Source: an uncultured bacterium
GTDB lineage: Bacteria > Patescibacteriota > Saccharimonadia > UBA4664
DNA length: 64,000 nt
Direction of reading: 5' to 3'
Assembly: GCA_963720265.1 (NCBI GenBank)
Contig: CAVRET010000002.1
Span: 264,704-328,703, forward strand
Below the pieces are notes generated by a model. That model did no database searches. It saw nothing but the letters and a program-made list of their open reading frames with translations, and was not told the origin of the DNA. This document shows positions 27,225 to 36,775 of the stretch, piece after piece. Made by a program: the position numbers and the translations under genes. Position 1 is the stretch's first letter. Every line of letters starts with the position of its first letter.

Positions 27225-27665
27225 TTACGTTGATTTACTCAAGGTGGTGATCACAAACGACACCACCGCGAACGACACAATCGCGACCACAATACCTATG
27301 ATAGCGTACAAGATCGTGTCCTTGGCCGCTGACACGTTCTTCGGGTCGCCATTCGACACCACATACCGCAGACCACCGATAATCAGGAAGATCACGGCCA
27401 CGGCGCCGATGATAAACACTAAGGTGTCGGCAATGGTCTGAAACGCACCCCCCGGGGCAAACAGGTCGTTACTCGTCCCCGCCGCCTGACCGCAGCCGGC
27501 GCCATTTGCAAGCGGTGTAGTGGTAACGTCACTGCTGCAAGTGCCGGCCAAGGCCACCGGTGCCACCACTGTACTCACTGCCAAGCTCGCAATACCAAAA
27601 CCGGACGCTAAAATAAGTGCCTGTAACATAGGGAAGATCTTTTTGCCCAATTTCGCGATACGCAT
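27225..27665 (-). CDS. small secreted two-TM pilin-like protein (T4SS pilin / TrbC-VirB2-like), paralog 1
   Basis: Signal peptide MRIAKLGKKIFPMLQALILASGFGIASLA. Two Cys in the mature N-terminal segment. TM1-loop-TM2 with IIGGLRYVVSNGDPKNVSAAKDTILYAIIG. The track ORF extends to 27746. Confidence 0.6.
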   Translation of the reverse strand: MRIAKLGKKIFPMLQALILASGFGIASLAVSTVVAPVALAGTCSSDVTTTPLANGAGCGQAAGTSNDLFAPGGAFQTIADTLVFIIGAVAVIFLIIGGLRYVVSNGDPKNVSAAKDTILYAIIGIVVAIVSFAVVSFVITTLSKST

Positions 27666-27770
27666 CTGAAGTGAGTACTCCTTCATGTTCAATCTATTAT
27701 AACGCAACCTTACGTCGACCCTACCATAAGCACTTTCACTTGGCAAACAACAGGGCCGCCATTCCGGCTA

Positions 27771-28085
27771 CTATGTGATGCTGTTGATGACGAAGTTCAC
27801 AATCGCCCAGGATACAATCGCCACCACCACGCCGATCGCCGCATACAAGATCGTGTCCTTGGCCGAGCCGGTCGCCTTTGGATCACCGTTCGAGAGCACG
27901 TAACGCAACCCGCCGACGATAATCATAATGACCGAAATCGACCCAACCAGATACACCAATACATCAGCGATCAGTCCAAAGGTGTGCGGCAAATCCGTTT
28001 TGGTGTTGCAAACACTCCCGCAAGCCTGCGTGAGCCCGCTGGAGATGGCACTGGTGGCGTCTGCCATGAGATGGAAAGCTATCAT
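27771..28085 (-). CDS. pilin-like two-TM protein, paralog 2
   Basis: ACGSVC Cys pair, IVGGLRYVLSNGDPKATGSAKDTILYAAIG. Confidence 0.6.
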   Translation of the reverse strand: MIAFHLMADATSAISSGLTQACGSVCNTKTDLPHTFGLIADVLVYLVGSISVIMIIVGGLRYVLSNGDPKATGSAKDTILYAAIGVVVAIVSWAIVNFVINSIT

Positions 28086-28101
28086 TTTTGCCTCTCTTCC
28101 A

Positions 28102-28434
28102 TTAAATATTTCCGCTTGTGGCCCCCGCGATAAACGTCACAATCGCGTACCCGGCGATTGCAACGCCCAGACCCACACAGGCGTACAGGATCGTTTCTCT
28201 GGCCGTACTGGTCTTCTTGGGATCGCCACCCGATAGCACATATTGCAGTCCACCCACAATAATAAAGATGAGCGCCAGCCCGCCCATGAGCTCCATCATG
28301 AGTGCCACGCCGTTTGCCACTGCCTGGCCGAGGTTTGCCGTACTGCACGGTACCCCGATGTCGCTGGCCGTAATGTTATACGGATTGCTGCTTTGCGAGC
28401 CGCAGGCCGCAGCTGCCGCCAGTAACCAATGCAT
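28102..28434 (-). CDS. pilin-like two-TM protein, paralog 3
   Basis: Cys pair (ACGS...PCST), IVGGLQYVLSGGDPKKTSTARETILYACVG. Confidence 0.6.
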   Translation of the reverse strand: MHWLLAAAAACGSQSSNPYNITASDIGVPCSTANLGQAVANGVALMMELMGGLALIFIIVGGLQYVLSGGDPKKTSTARETILYACVGLGVAIAGYAIVTFIAGATSGNI

Positions 28435-28437
28435 GCT

Positions 28438-28791
28438 CTAAAACCCCTGCGCTATAAACGTTATGATCGCATATGCCAGGGTAATGAGCACCAGTCCGGT
28501 GGCCGTATACTGAATAATCTCCCGAGCGCGCTTGATTCGGTCCGGCGCTCCCATCGACGTAATGTAAAAAATTGCCGCCAACAAGATAGTAATAATCGCA
28601 ATCGACCCGGAAACCACAATCAAAATCCGGACCGCGTTGCCAATTATTACCAGCACGCCACTGACGGCGGTTAAGGTAATCTGGCCGTTCGTACAGGTCA
28701 GCCCCGGCCCGGGCTGGTATAGGCTCGGCGGAAACGCACTCGTTGGAGCGCAGGCGTCCGCCAACTTAAACAATCCCAGCATCGGCCCCAT
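28438..28791 (-). CDS. pilin-like two-TM protein, paralog 4 (divergent)
   Basis: Cys pair (ACAPT...TCTNG). Degenerate loop IFYITSMGAPDRIKRAREIIQYTATG between two TM helices. Confidence 0.5.
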   Translation of the reverse strand: MGPMLGLFKLADACAPTSAFPPSLYQPGPGLTCTNGQITLTAVSGVLVIIGNAVRILIVVSGSIAIITILLAAIFYITSMGAPDRIKRAREIIQYTATGLVLITLAYAIITFIAQGF

Positions 28792-29244
28792 CTATAGAAC
28801 CCCTCCCGGCACCAAATAGTTCAGAATCGCAAACATGCACAGGAACAACACCAGTGCGATCAGTGCGTTAGTTAGACGGTCTTTGGCTGCCTTAACCTGG
28901 CTCGGATTCGCACCCGAGGTAATATACTGCACGCCGGCAATAATAATCATGAGCAACACCACCGCCGCCACCGCGCTGCTAAGCAGCTGTAAGACGTACC
29001 TTAGATAGACAATTATTGCTCCGCCGGTCGCTGCATCATTAGGAACGCCGATCCCTCCGTCGTCCGCCTTGCAGGTTTGCATACCCGGCACTATCGGCAG
29101 CGAAATCTCCACACAATCCGGAGCCGTAATGCCGGTCTGCTGACTTAGCGCCGATGCTAGGCTAGTGCCCGGCAGCGCTACCGAACCCAAGAGCGCCAGA
29201 TATCCCGCAACCAGCGCGTAACGTAACCGCTTCATGATCTGCAT
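28792..29244 (-). CDS. pilin-like two-TM protein, paralog 5, first gene of the minus-strand operon
   Basis: Signal peptide MQIMKRLRYALVAGYLALLGSVALPGTSLASA. Cys pair (DCVE...TCKA). IAGVQYITSGANPSQVKAAKDRLTNALIA. Confidence 0.55.
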   Translation of the reverse strand: MQIMKRLRYALVAGYLALLGSVALPGTSLASALSQQTGITAPDCVEISLPIVPGMQTCKADDGGIGVPNDAATGGAIIVYLRYVLQLLSSAVAAVVLLMIIIAGVQYITSGANPSQVKAAKDRLTNALIALVLFLCMFAILNYLVPGGVL

Positions 29245-29269
29245 TGTACCGATCAGCTCAGGTAAAAGT

Positions 29270-29313
29270 CAAAATGCTTACGCTATCAAAAACGCTAATG
29301 GTATAATGCAGCC
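29270..29313. promoter_or_regulatory. candidate divergent promoter region; -35/-10 for the giant gene with a near-leaderless start
   Basis: TTACGC-N18-TATAAT, with the -10 box at 29303-29308 only 5 nt before the ATG at 29314. This implies a leaderless or very short-leader mRNA. Confidence 0.35.
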
Positions 29314-32300
29314 ATGTTCCGGAGGTGGTTCGCACTAGCACTCATGGCGTGGGCAACGCTGTCCACGGTCATTGGCTATGCTATCACTCCTACCACCGTT
29401 CTAGCTGCCACCGAAAGCTATGCCTACAACGGCAACGCTAACGATCCGGGTATCAATGCCACTGGCACGTTAAATGCCACCTTTATCCTTATCACGAATA
29501 CCCAATACACATATGACAGCTCTGGTAATTGTCCGGCCCACTACACGCTCAGCCTCAACACCGCCGGAGCCAGTTCCGGTGTCATCAGCACCACATCAAC
29601 CAATGGCAACTGCACTCCTAATCCGAATCTCAGTGGCAACGTGGCCATTACCGGTACGGCAGCAGGTGGTGGTGGCGCCGGTGGTGGCACCGCGGGCAAA
29701 GACACATACGCCTTCAACGCCAACGGTAACATCGCTGGTACAGGCGCGGTCAACGGCACCTTTACCACTAAAAATAACCTCAATTGGGATTACATCACCA
29801 CAAAGAACGGCTGTACCGTTGATTACGACATTTCAACCGTTACCACCAATGGCAATAACTCCAATGGTCAGATTGTCACAACCTGGAACCCAAATAAGGC
29901 CTCCTGTGCACCAGCCACCAGCCTCAACGGCACAATCACCATTTCCGGCCAAAAGTCCGGTGCAAACGGCGCCGCCACCGGCACCTACAATCTAGCCCAA
30001 GACGCCCAAAGCATCACCGCCTCGGGCTCCTATCCAACCTGCCTCGGTGCCGGCAACAACGGCAACGGCGCAAACCCCGTCTTTAATTACAGCTCGGCCG
30101 ACCAGCAATACGAATTTACCGTTCCCGCCAACCCGGCTGACCCCCAGACGCAGGATGTAACCGCCACCATTACCAACGTGTCCAAAATTGGCAGTACCAC
30201 GAATTATACCGGTACCCTCACTATTCCCGCACCTTGCAACTTCACCGGCAATATCACCATCAATGCCACGGCGAACACCGCCGCCGTGCCAAACACTTCG
30301 GGCGCCGGTAGCAATGCGCCGCCCTGCAACGCCGGAGACCTCAGCTGGCTCATTTGCAGCATCATCAACTTACTCGTCAATGGCATCGACGCGCTTGTCT
30401 CAAGCATTCTCATTCCGTTTATTCAGGTCCAACCACTGTCCACGACCGCCACGATCACCAATGCCGACGGCACTACCAGCGTTGTGGCCAGCCCCACCTA
30501 CAGCATCTGGGGCAAATTCCGCGATCTAGCCTCTGTGTTCTTCATATTGATATTCTTCATCATCATATTCGGCACGGCCATCGGGATGGATAATTATACG
30601 GTTAAAAAGATATTGCCACGCCTAGTCGCCGGCGCCATCCTCGTGCCGTTGTCGTGGTATATCTGCGCGGTCGGGATTGATATCGGCAATGTATTGGGCT
30701 TCGGTCTGCTTAAACTGTGCCAAGCAGTCATACCAAACCCAACTATTGATATTGGCACACCGCTGGCACAAATCTTCTTCGGGATCGGCGGCGCCATTGT
30801 CGTTACTCTGGCCACCGTCGCCATCACCACCATTGGCTTGGGCGTCTTGCTCACCATCGCTTTCGCCGTGCTGGCCGCCATTCTCACCCTCGTGCTGCGC
30901 AAAATTCTCATTATCTTGTTTGTGGTCTTAAGCCCATTTGCGCTCCTGGCCTGGATTTTGCCCAACACCGAAAAGCTCTACAAACAATGGTGGACCACGC
31001 TGACGCGCCTTATCCTGATGTTCCCGCTCATCATGCTGCTCATCGAGGCTGGGCGAATCTTTTCGCTCACAGCCGGCTCAGCGCTCGCCGGCGGCAACAT
31101 TGCTCTCTTCGGGGTCCACCTTCGACTGGCCGCCGCTCCGGGCACCGGGGCTCTGCAGCAGTCTGCGGTGCCGTTCTTGCAGCTCACTGGTCTTTTCTTG
31201 CCATTGGGCGCCGTTCCCTGGACCTTCAAGTGGGCCGGGGGTGCCATGGCCTTCGGCGCCGGTATGATTGCTCGCGGCCGCAAAGCCGCCGACAGCCGCT
31301 TTGGCCGCAGCTCCGACTTTGCCAAAGGCCGGGCCGAAGAGCGCCGCCGTAAAGCCGTTATTAACGCCAATGATCCCAATATCAATGGTGTCCGGCGCGC
31401 CTTTAACCGCGCCCGCAGCGAAACGGGTGGTGGCTTTGCCGGCATGGGGCGAGGAAATCGTATCCAGCAAGCGGCCGCCCAGGATGCCTTTGCCAAAGCC
31501 ACCAAGACCACGGCCACAGCCGACGCCGGAAGACGAGCTAGAGACGGCGCACTGCCGGGCGAGACGCCGCAGCAGCGCATCCAGGCCGAAACCCAAGCCG
31601 CACTCACTGGGATCGCCGACGAGCGTGCGGGCCGCCAGGGCATCCGCAATAACGTTGCCGCTGGTGCCGTCAGTGGCCGGCCGACCGACCTTGCGGCTGC
31701 CGGTAACGCCATCGCTGGTCAGCGTTACCTCGCCGGCGTTCAAACCGCTACACTCGGTGAGGCCAAGCGCATCGGCACCGACCGTGCGGTCATTCGCGGT
31801 GCCCAAGTACGTCCCATAGCACCCCAAGTCATGCAGGAACACGCCCAGTACGTTGAGGAGGGCAATCAGGCCCAACTCCGCGGCGAGATGCTGGGGTCAG
31901 TAAGCACCGTCAGACAAATTGATCAACGCAATGTCGCCACCGGTCGTGCCGCCAACCGGAATGAAGCCGCCGACCTGCGCGTTCGGGACCAGTCATTAGC
32001 CTCCTATGACAAAGCTCGCGAGGACGTGGCCGGCCTCTACGGCGCCGCCCTAGCCCGCAATGCCGTCACCCAGGCCGGCGGTGGTCGCGAATCTGTTGCC
32101 GATCTCACCGACGCGGGCATGCTTGCAGAACGCGAAAAACAAGCCCATGCCAAGGCCGAGCGCCAAGAACGTGTCAGCATCCGCAACACACCGGGCTACG
32201 CCGAAACTGCCGACGAGGTGCTCGAAGCCGAAACCGAGCACGCCAGAGAGTCGCTTGGCAAAGCAGCCAACACTCGTCGAGCCGCTCGCGAGGTCGGACG

Positions 32301-35300
32301 CCGCACCGGTGAAACCACCGAGCAGTTCCTAGCCAACGACTACGGCACAACCGAGCGCGCCACGTTTGACGCTGCTAATAAGCGCATCCAAACCGGTCAG
32401 GCTTCCCGCGAAGACGCCGACGAAAACTACCGAAAGACCATGGGCCCTACCGCCTACCGAGCGGCAATGGGCATTCCGGCAGGTGCACCTCTCAACCCTG
32501 CCCAAGAAGCCGCCGCACTTGCCATGACAGCTGAGGACATTTACCGGGCCAATAACGGTATGCTTCCAGGGACTCCTCTCACTCCAGCTCAGCAGGCTGC
32601 CGCCCAAGCTGCGGTTGCAGGCAATTACGACAATATGCAAATGGCCGCCTCACGCGAGGCTGCCCGCCGCACCGCCAACGCCGACGTCGGCAAATCGCTA
32701 TCCGTCCTCAACGACGAAGCCGGCAGCAACCTACCCGGCGGCACTACCAGTCAGCAATACCGGCAGCAATCCAACTATGAAGAAACCAAAAAGCTCGGTA
32801 CGGCATCCGGAAACGTTCAAGGCGTACTCGAGGCCCAAGCCGAAGAAGCCGCCCGCGACAATGCCGCTCCCGGCAGCTTCAATGCGCTCGCCGAAGCCGG
32901 GCTCCGCTCTTCCCGGGCCGGCCGTATTAATAGCAGCACCAAGGCTGCCGAAGCCTTTGGCACTGAGCAGGGAACCATCAACGCCAATGCCACCCGCACT
33001 GTCACCGCCGCCCAAGCTGCCGGCCAAGCTGAGCGCGCCACCGAGCAAAAGGCCTCGGCCGACAACGCCACGTCGCAAGAGAAGCTCGCCGAGTCACAGA
33101 TCGCCGAAGAGCAGCTCGCACGGCAGCTCTTTGGTGTTGCACCGGGTGTGGCAGTCACGCCGGTCCAGCTCGCCGCCGCCCGGGCCCAGATGCGCGAAAA
33201 CTCGGCTCGCAAGGCTGGCGCCGAGGCCAGAGATACACAGGCTTCTGAACTTGCCGGCACTGCTGCGGCAGTCCGAGGGCGCGAGCAGGCCATTGACCGC
33301 GAAATCAGGCGAGAGGCCGACGCCACCGGCCGGGTGCTAACAACACCCGAGGCTGAGCGCAATATCGTAAATAATGCCGCCGCCGTTGCCGCCGAAAAAG
33401 CCGAGAAAGAAGCCGCCGGCAAGGCCTCCGCCGACACCGGTACGCTCGGAGAACGCGAAAACGCCCTAAACGATGAAATTGCCAGGGTGTACAACGAGAC
33501 CGGCGCCTATCTCACCCGTGACCAAGCCGAGCAACGGCTCGCCAACGCTGCTGCCGAAAAATCCCGCCTCGATGCAGTTACAGCCGAGCGTAAAACTGTG
33601 GCCGAAGAGTTTGCCGCACAGGAGGGCCACCAGCAAGCAGTTGACGAAGAGATCGCCCGTGCCGCCGCCGCCGGTGCACCAATCCCGGCCGGAGCCACCC
33701 AACGCGCCCAAGCCGCCCGCAATATCAGCCGCAACATACGCGAAGACGTCCGCCACGAAGGCACAAGGTCTCAGCTCACAGCCGCCAGCGGGGCACGGGG
33801 CAAAGGCGAGGAGCGTGAGCGTGCAGTTCAAAAACAAATTGACGATGCTGCCGCTGCTGCCGCTGCCGGTACCGGCGTCGCTATTGACCGCGCGACCGCC
33901 CAGCGTAATCTGATTCATAATGCTTCCGAACAAGGCCGGATCGAGGCCGCGGATTCTGAGCGCAAGAAAATCGGTGATGCCGAAGGTGTTGCCGGCAGTG
34001 AGGCCACTGAGGCGGATGACGAAATAGACCACATGGGCCGCGAGGAAGTGCGCACCGAGCTCGCAAGAGCCGGCCTGGCCAACACGCTCGAAAACCGCCG
34101 CCGAGTTGCCCTCGAGCGGGTACGACGCCGCGGAGTTAGTGCCTCCTCTCGTCTCGCCGGCAACAAGCGCACCGGTCAAGCCGCTGAAGAGCGCGGCATC
34201 ATTGAGAATCGCGATCAATGGATACAGCGCGAAATCGATGAAGGACGCGTCCCAACCACCATTCTTGATCCCGCCAGCGGGCTGCGCCGCGCCACCAACG
34301 CCGCTGAAAAACAGGCCGCCGCCATCCGTAATCTCGAACGCCGCGCCGCCACTGCCGCCACCAAAAAAGCCGGCGATAACTACAACAAAGGTAACGCCGA
34401 AGAATTGGGCATCACCCAAGGCTATGATGCTGCCCTCAAAGAGCAAGCCGGCAACAACCGTCCGACTTCAGCTCAACTCCGCGCCGCTCGCCTCGCCCTG
34501 GCCGATCAGGAGATCAAAAAGACCGCCCGCGAAACGAGAGAGAACCTCTCGAGTAGCGTCGGCCAAACGAGAGAAGAAAATATCGCCGCAGACGCTGATG
34601 CGGCGGCCATAGAAGCCGACCTCAAAGCCCAGGCCGCAGCCGACGCCGCGGCTGCCAGGGCCGCAGGATTCGCAGGGGCGCGCGCTCGTCGCGTCACGAG
34701 ACAGCAAGTTCAATCTGAAATGCTGCGCCGCCAACGCCTAGCGGGCGCCGAAACCGGCGCCCGCGCGCAAGCTACCAAAAGCGGTCGCACTGAGGCGCTC
34801 GTGCAAGCCGCCCGCGTTGCCACTCCCGCCGTGCCCGCTACTACTACCACTCCCGCCGTGCCCACAGGGGCTCCGGGCTCCGGACGGCCGACTGCCGAGC
34901 AACGCCGCGACTCTGCCGTCCGAGAGCAGATCAAGGTAGCCGCTAATGAATCAGCATCGGTCACAGCTCACGATAATCCAGCCGTTCCAAAGATTGCGCC
35001 AACTCAACAATTCGCCGACTCTTTGCGCAACCGCCAAGAACGAGAAAACGAAAAAGTCATCGATGACGCTATGACTGACGCCGCCGCTGGACTGAGAATA
35101 GATGTGCCCGGTCGCGGCAGGATCCCACTCAAAGACGTCCAATACTCGAAGGAAGAAATGGACGCCGTCCAGAAGATTCTCGATGATGCCTTTACCACTG
35201 GTGACATTCCGACCGCCTTAGCGGCCATGGATCACCTTGCATCGGGTAGTGCTAGTGCACAAGCCCGGCTCGTAGATCGGTCCGACCCTAATAGTGTGGT

Positions 35301-35979
35301 GCGACGCTGGTTTGGCGGTGGAGATGACTCAAACGTCAGCTCTGATCCGAAGGTCTCAGAGCTAGCCAGGCTACACCCTGAATTAGTCGATCAAATGCAA
35401 ACACTCTGGAACCGGGCAGTCAAAGGCGGTAAAGACCCAGACCTCAAACTCCCCCCGTCTGTGAGTATGGACAAGATCGGCGCTGACCAGCTCCTAGCCG
35501 GTGGCGATCGATGGAAAGGCCGGCTCATCGGCCGTGCCACCGACAAGGCTCGTGACAAGAATAAAGAAAAACACGAGGACCAAATAGCGAACGGAATCGC
35601 AACCATCTTCAACAATCCAACCAAAGCCGGCAACGTTCGAAACCCCGACCGGGATGCCCTCTGGCGCTTCGTACTGCGTCGAGATGCCAATGGTGTTCTC
35701 CTTGATGACCGAGGAAACCGGATCAAGCGTATCGACCCGAAGACAGGCAATGATGTTGTTGACTCTCGCTACGGCGACGCGTTCCTAAGAGAGTATCGGC
35801 CAGGTGAAATGAGCGCCGAAGCAGATGCTAGTTTCGACGCCGCTAAGGCGGCCAAAGACAAAACGTACGCTGACCAATTCAGGCAATATCAGTTAATCCT
35901 AGGCCAGCAAAATGGTGCTGATATTATCAAGTGGCTCGAGGATGGACACAAGGCTGAGCGCACCAAGGGGAAGCCGTAA
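29314..35979 (+). CDS. giant secreted/polytopic T4SS-associated protein, VirB6/TrbL-like membrane core with a ~1600-aa charged coiled-coil-like C-terminal extension
   Basis: 2221 aa. Signal peptide MFRRWFALALMAWATLSTVIGYAITPTTVLAA. Residues ~33-330 form a Thr/Asn/Gly-rich low-complexity ectodomain. Residues ~335-600 contain at least 6 TM helices (e.g. ILVPLSWYICAVGIDIGNVLGF, VVTLATVAITTIGLGVLLTIAFAVLAAILTLVL). The rest is Ala/Arg/Glu/Gln-rich. Confidence 0.7.
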   Translation: MFRRWFALALMAWATLSTVIGYAITPTTVLAATESYAYNGNANDPGINATGTLNATFILITNTQYTYDSSGNCPAHYTLSLNTAGASSGVISTTSTNGNCTPNPNLSGNVAITGTAAGGGGAGGGTAGKDTYAFNANGNIAGTGAVNGTFTTKNNLNWDYITTKNGCTVDYDISTVTTNGNNSNGQIVTTWNPNKASCAPATSLNGTITISGQKSGANGAATGTYNLAQDAQSITASGSYPTCLGAGNNGNGANPVFNYSSADQQYEFTVPANPADPQTQDVTATITNVSKIGSTTNYTGTLTIPAPCNFTGNITINATANTAAVPNTSGAGSNAPPCNAGDLSWLICSIINLLVNGIDALVSSILIPFIQVQPLSTTATITNADGTTSVVASPTYSIWGKFRDLASVFFILIFFIIIFGTAIGMDNYTVKKILPRLVAGAILVPLSWYICAVGIDIGNVLGFGLLKLCQAVIPNPTIDIGTPLAQIFFGIGGAIVVTLATVAITTIGLGVLLTIAFAVLAAILTLVLRKILIILFVVLSPFALLAWILPNTEKLYKQWWTTLTRLILMFPLIMLLIEAGRIFSLTAGSALAGGNIALFGVHLRLAAAPGTGALQQSAVPFLQLTGLFLPLGAVPWTFKWAGGAMAFGAGMIARGRKAADSRFGRSSDFAKGRAEERRRKAVINANDPNINGVRRAFNRARSETGGGFAGMGRGNRIQQAAAQDAFAKATKTTATADAGRRARDGALPGETPQQRIQAETQAALTGIADERAGRQGIRNNVAAGAVSGRPTDLAAAGNAIAGQRYLAGVQTATLGEAKRIGTDRAVIRGAQVRPIAPQVMQEHAQYVEEGNQAQLRGEMLGSVSTVRQIDQRNVATGRAANRNEAADLRVRDQSLASYDKAREDVAGLYGAALARNAVTQAGGGRESVADLTDAGMLAEREKQAHAKAERQERVSIRNTPGYAETADEVLEAETEHARESLGKAANTRRAAREVGRRTGETTEQFLANDYGTTERATFDAANKRIQTGQASREDADENYRKTMGPTAYRAAMGIPAGAPLNPAQEAAALAMTAEDIYRANNGMLPGTPLTPAQQAAAQAAVAGNYDNMQMAASREAARRTANADVGKSLSVLNDEAGSNLPGGTTSQQYRQQSNYEETKKLGTASGNVQGVLEAQAEEAARDNAAPGSFNALAEAGLRSSRAGRINSSTKAAEAFGTEQGTINANATRTVTAAQAAGQAERATEQKASADNATSQEKLAESQIAEEQLARQLFGVAPGVAVTPVQLAAARAQMRENSARKAGAEARDTQASELAGTAAAVRGREQAIDREIRREADATGRVLTTPEAERNIVNNAAAVAAEKAEKEAAGKASADTGTLGERENALNDEIARVYNETGAYLTRDQAEQRLANAAAEKSRLDAVTAERKTVAEEFAAQEGHQQAVDEEIARAAAAGAPIPAGATQRAQAARNISRNIREDVRHEGTRSQLTAASGARGKGEERERAVQKQIDDAAAAAAAGTGVAIDRATAQRNLIHNASEQGRIEAADSERKKIGDAEGVAGSEATEADDEIDHMGREEVRTELARAGLANTLENRRRVALERVRRRGVSASSRLAGNKRTGQAAEERGIIENRDQWIQREIDEGRVPTTILDPASGLRRATNAAEKQAAAIRNLERRAATAATKKAGDNYNKGNAEELGITQGYDAALKEQAGNNRPTSAQLRAARLALADQEIKKTARETRENLSSSVGQTREENIAADADAAAIEADLKAQAAADAAAARAAGFAGARARRVTRQQVQSEMLRRQRLAGAETGARAQATKSGRTEALVQAARVATPAVPATTTTPAVPTGAPGSGRPTAEQRRDSAVREQIKVAANESASVTAHDNPAVPKIAPTQQFADSLRNRQERENEKVIDDAMTDAAAGLRIDVPGRGRIPLKDVQYSKEEMDAVQKILDDAFTTGDIPTALAAMDHLASGSASAQARLVDRSDPNSVVRRWFGGGDDSNVSSDPKVSELARLHPELVDQMQTLWNRAVKGGKDPDLKLPPSVSMDKIGADQLLAGGDRWKGRLIGRATDKARDKNKEKHEDQIANGIATIFNNPTKAGNVRNPDRDALWRFVLRRDANGVLLDDRGNRIKRIDPKTGNDVVDSRYGDAFLREYRPGEMSAEADASFDAAKAAKDKTYADQFRQYQLILGQQNGADIIKWLEDGHKAERTKGKP

Positions 35980-35998
35980 CAATGCGGGGCGCTAGCTT

Positions 35999-36775
35999 AT
36001 GAGCCAATACAAAGTACCCCAAAACGTCGAGGCCGAAGACCACATCCTCGGGCCGCTCACCTTCAAGCAGTTTATCTACGGCTGCATCGGGTTTGGTTGG
36101 GCCATCGTTTGCTTTGGGCTCTTTAAGGACATTCCCGCGCTCATGTTTGTGGTCGGGTTTCCGCCCACACTGCTGTTTCTGCTGCTCGCATTCTATACCC
36201 GCGACGGGCAAAACTTCGAGCAAATATTGCTGGCAATGGTTGGTTTCTTTGCCTCCGAGCGGCGTAGACTATGGGTTAAGGAAGCCGTGGCAGTCACATT
36301 TGAGGTCGAGCCGGCCAAAATTATCAGTGAAACTACCCAACGCAACCCCGCCGAAGTTCGCAGCCAGCTTGAGCGGCTCTCTAATCTCATAGACTCGCGC
36401 GGCTGGAACCTCGACCCACGATCCGACCATTCGGAAATGCAGCAGTTTCTGCCCACCACGAGCCACAGCGACCGTCTCGTTGCTCCACCACCGGCAGTAC
36501 CCCAGCCCGACGAACCCCGTGCCGACATGCTCGACCTAACAAATAGCCCGCTCGCGCAAAATCTTGCCCAACTCCTAGCCGATGCCGCCGGTGAAGCCAA
36601 ATCTCAAGCAATCGACAGCATCGGCGCCAACCCGCGCCGAGCTCGCGAGTTAAGCACAAGCGGCGTGACACCTGGAGCCCAGGCCGATATACTAAGACTA
36701 GCCACAGAAGGCGGCGACCTGACGGTCGCTAGACTCGCCGCCCAAGCTAATCGAGTGAACCGAGATGCCAGCTAA
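35999..36775 (+). CDS. PrgI-family / VirB3-like small T4SS membrane protein
   Basis: N-terminus MSQYKVPQNVEAEDHILGPLTFKQFIYGCIGFGWAIV matches the PrgI pattern (Y-V-P...G-L-T-x-x-Q-F) with a 2-TM hairpin. Sits directly upstream of VirB4, as in Gram-positive T4SS. Confidence 0.55.
   Translation: MSQYKVPQNVEAEDHILGPLTFKQFIYGCIGFGWAIVCFGLFKDIPALMFVVGFPPTLLFLLLAFYTRDGQNFEQILLAMVGFFASERRRLWVKEAVAVTFEVEPAKIISETTQRNPAEVRSQLERLSNLIDSRGWNLDPRSDHSEMQQFLPTTSHSDRLVAPPPAVPQPDEPRADMLDLTNSPLAQNLAQLLADAAGEAKSQAIDSIGANPRRARELSTSGVTPGAQADILRLATEGGDLTVARLAAQANRVNRDAS

Noticed and set aside
30978-34446. Long minus-strand ORFs (244, 265, 326 aa and others) inside the giant gene
   Set aside because: The plus frame is continuously open for 6.7 kb with a signal peptide and TM core. 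The minus ORFs are shadow frames of the GCC/GCG-rich coding sequence.
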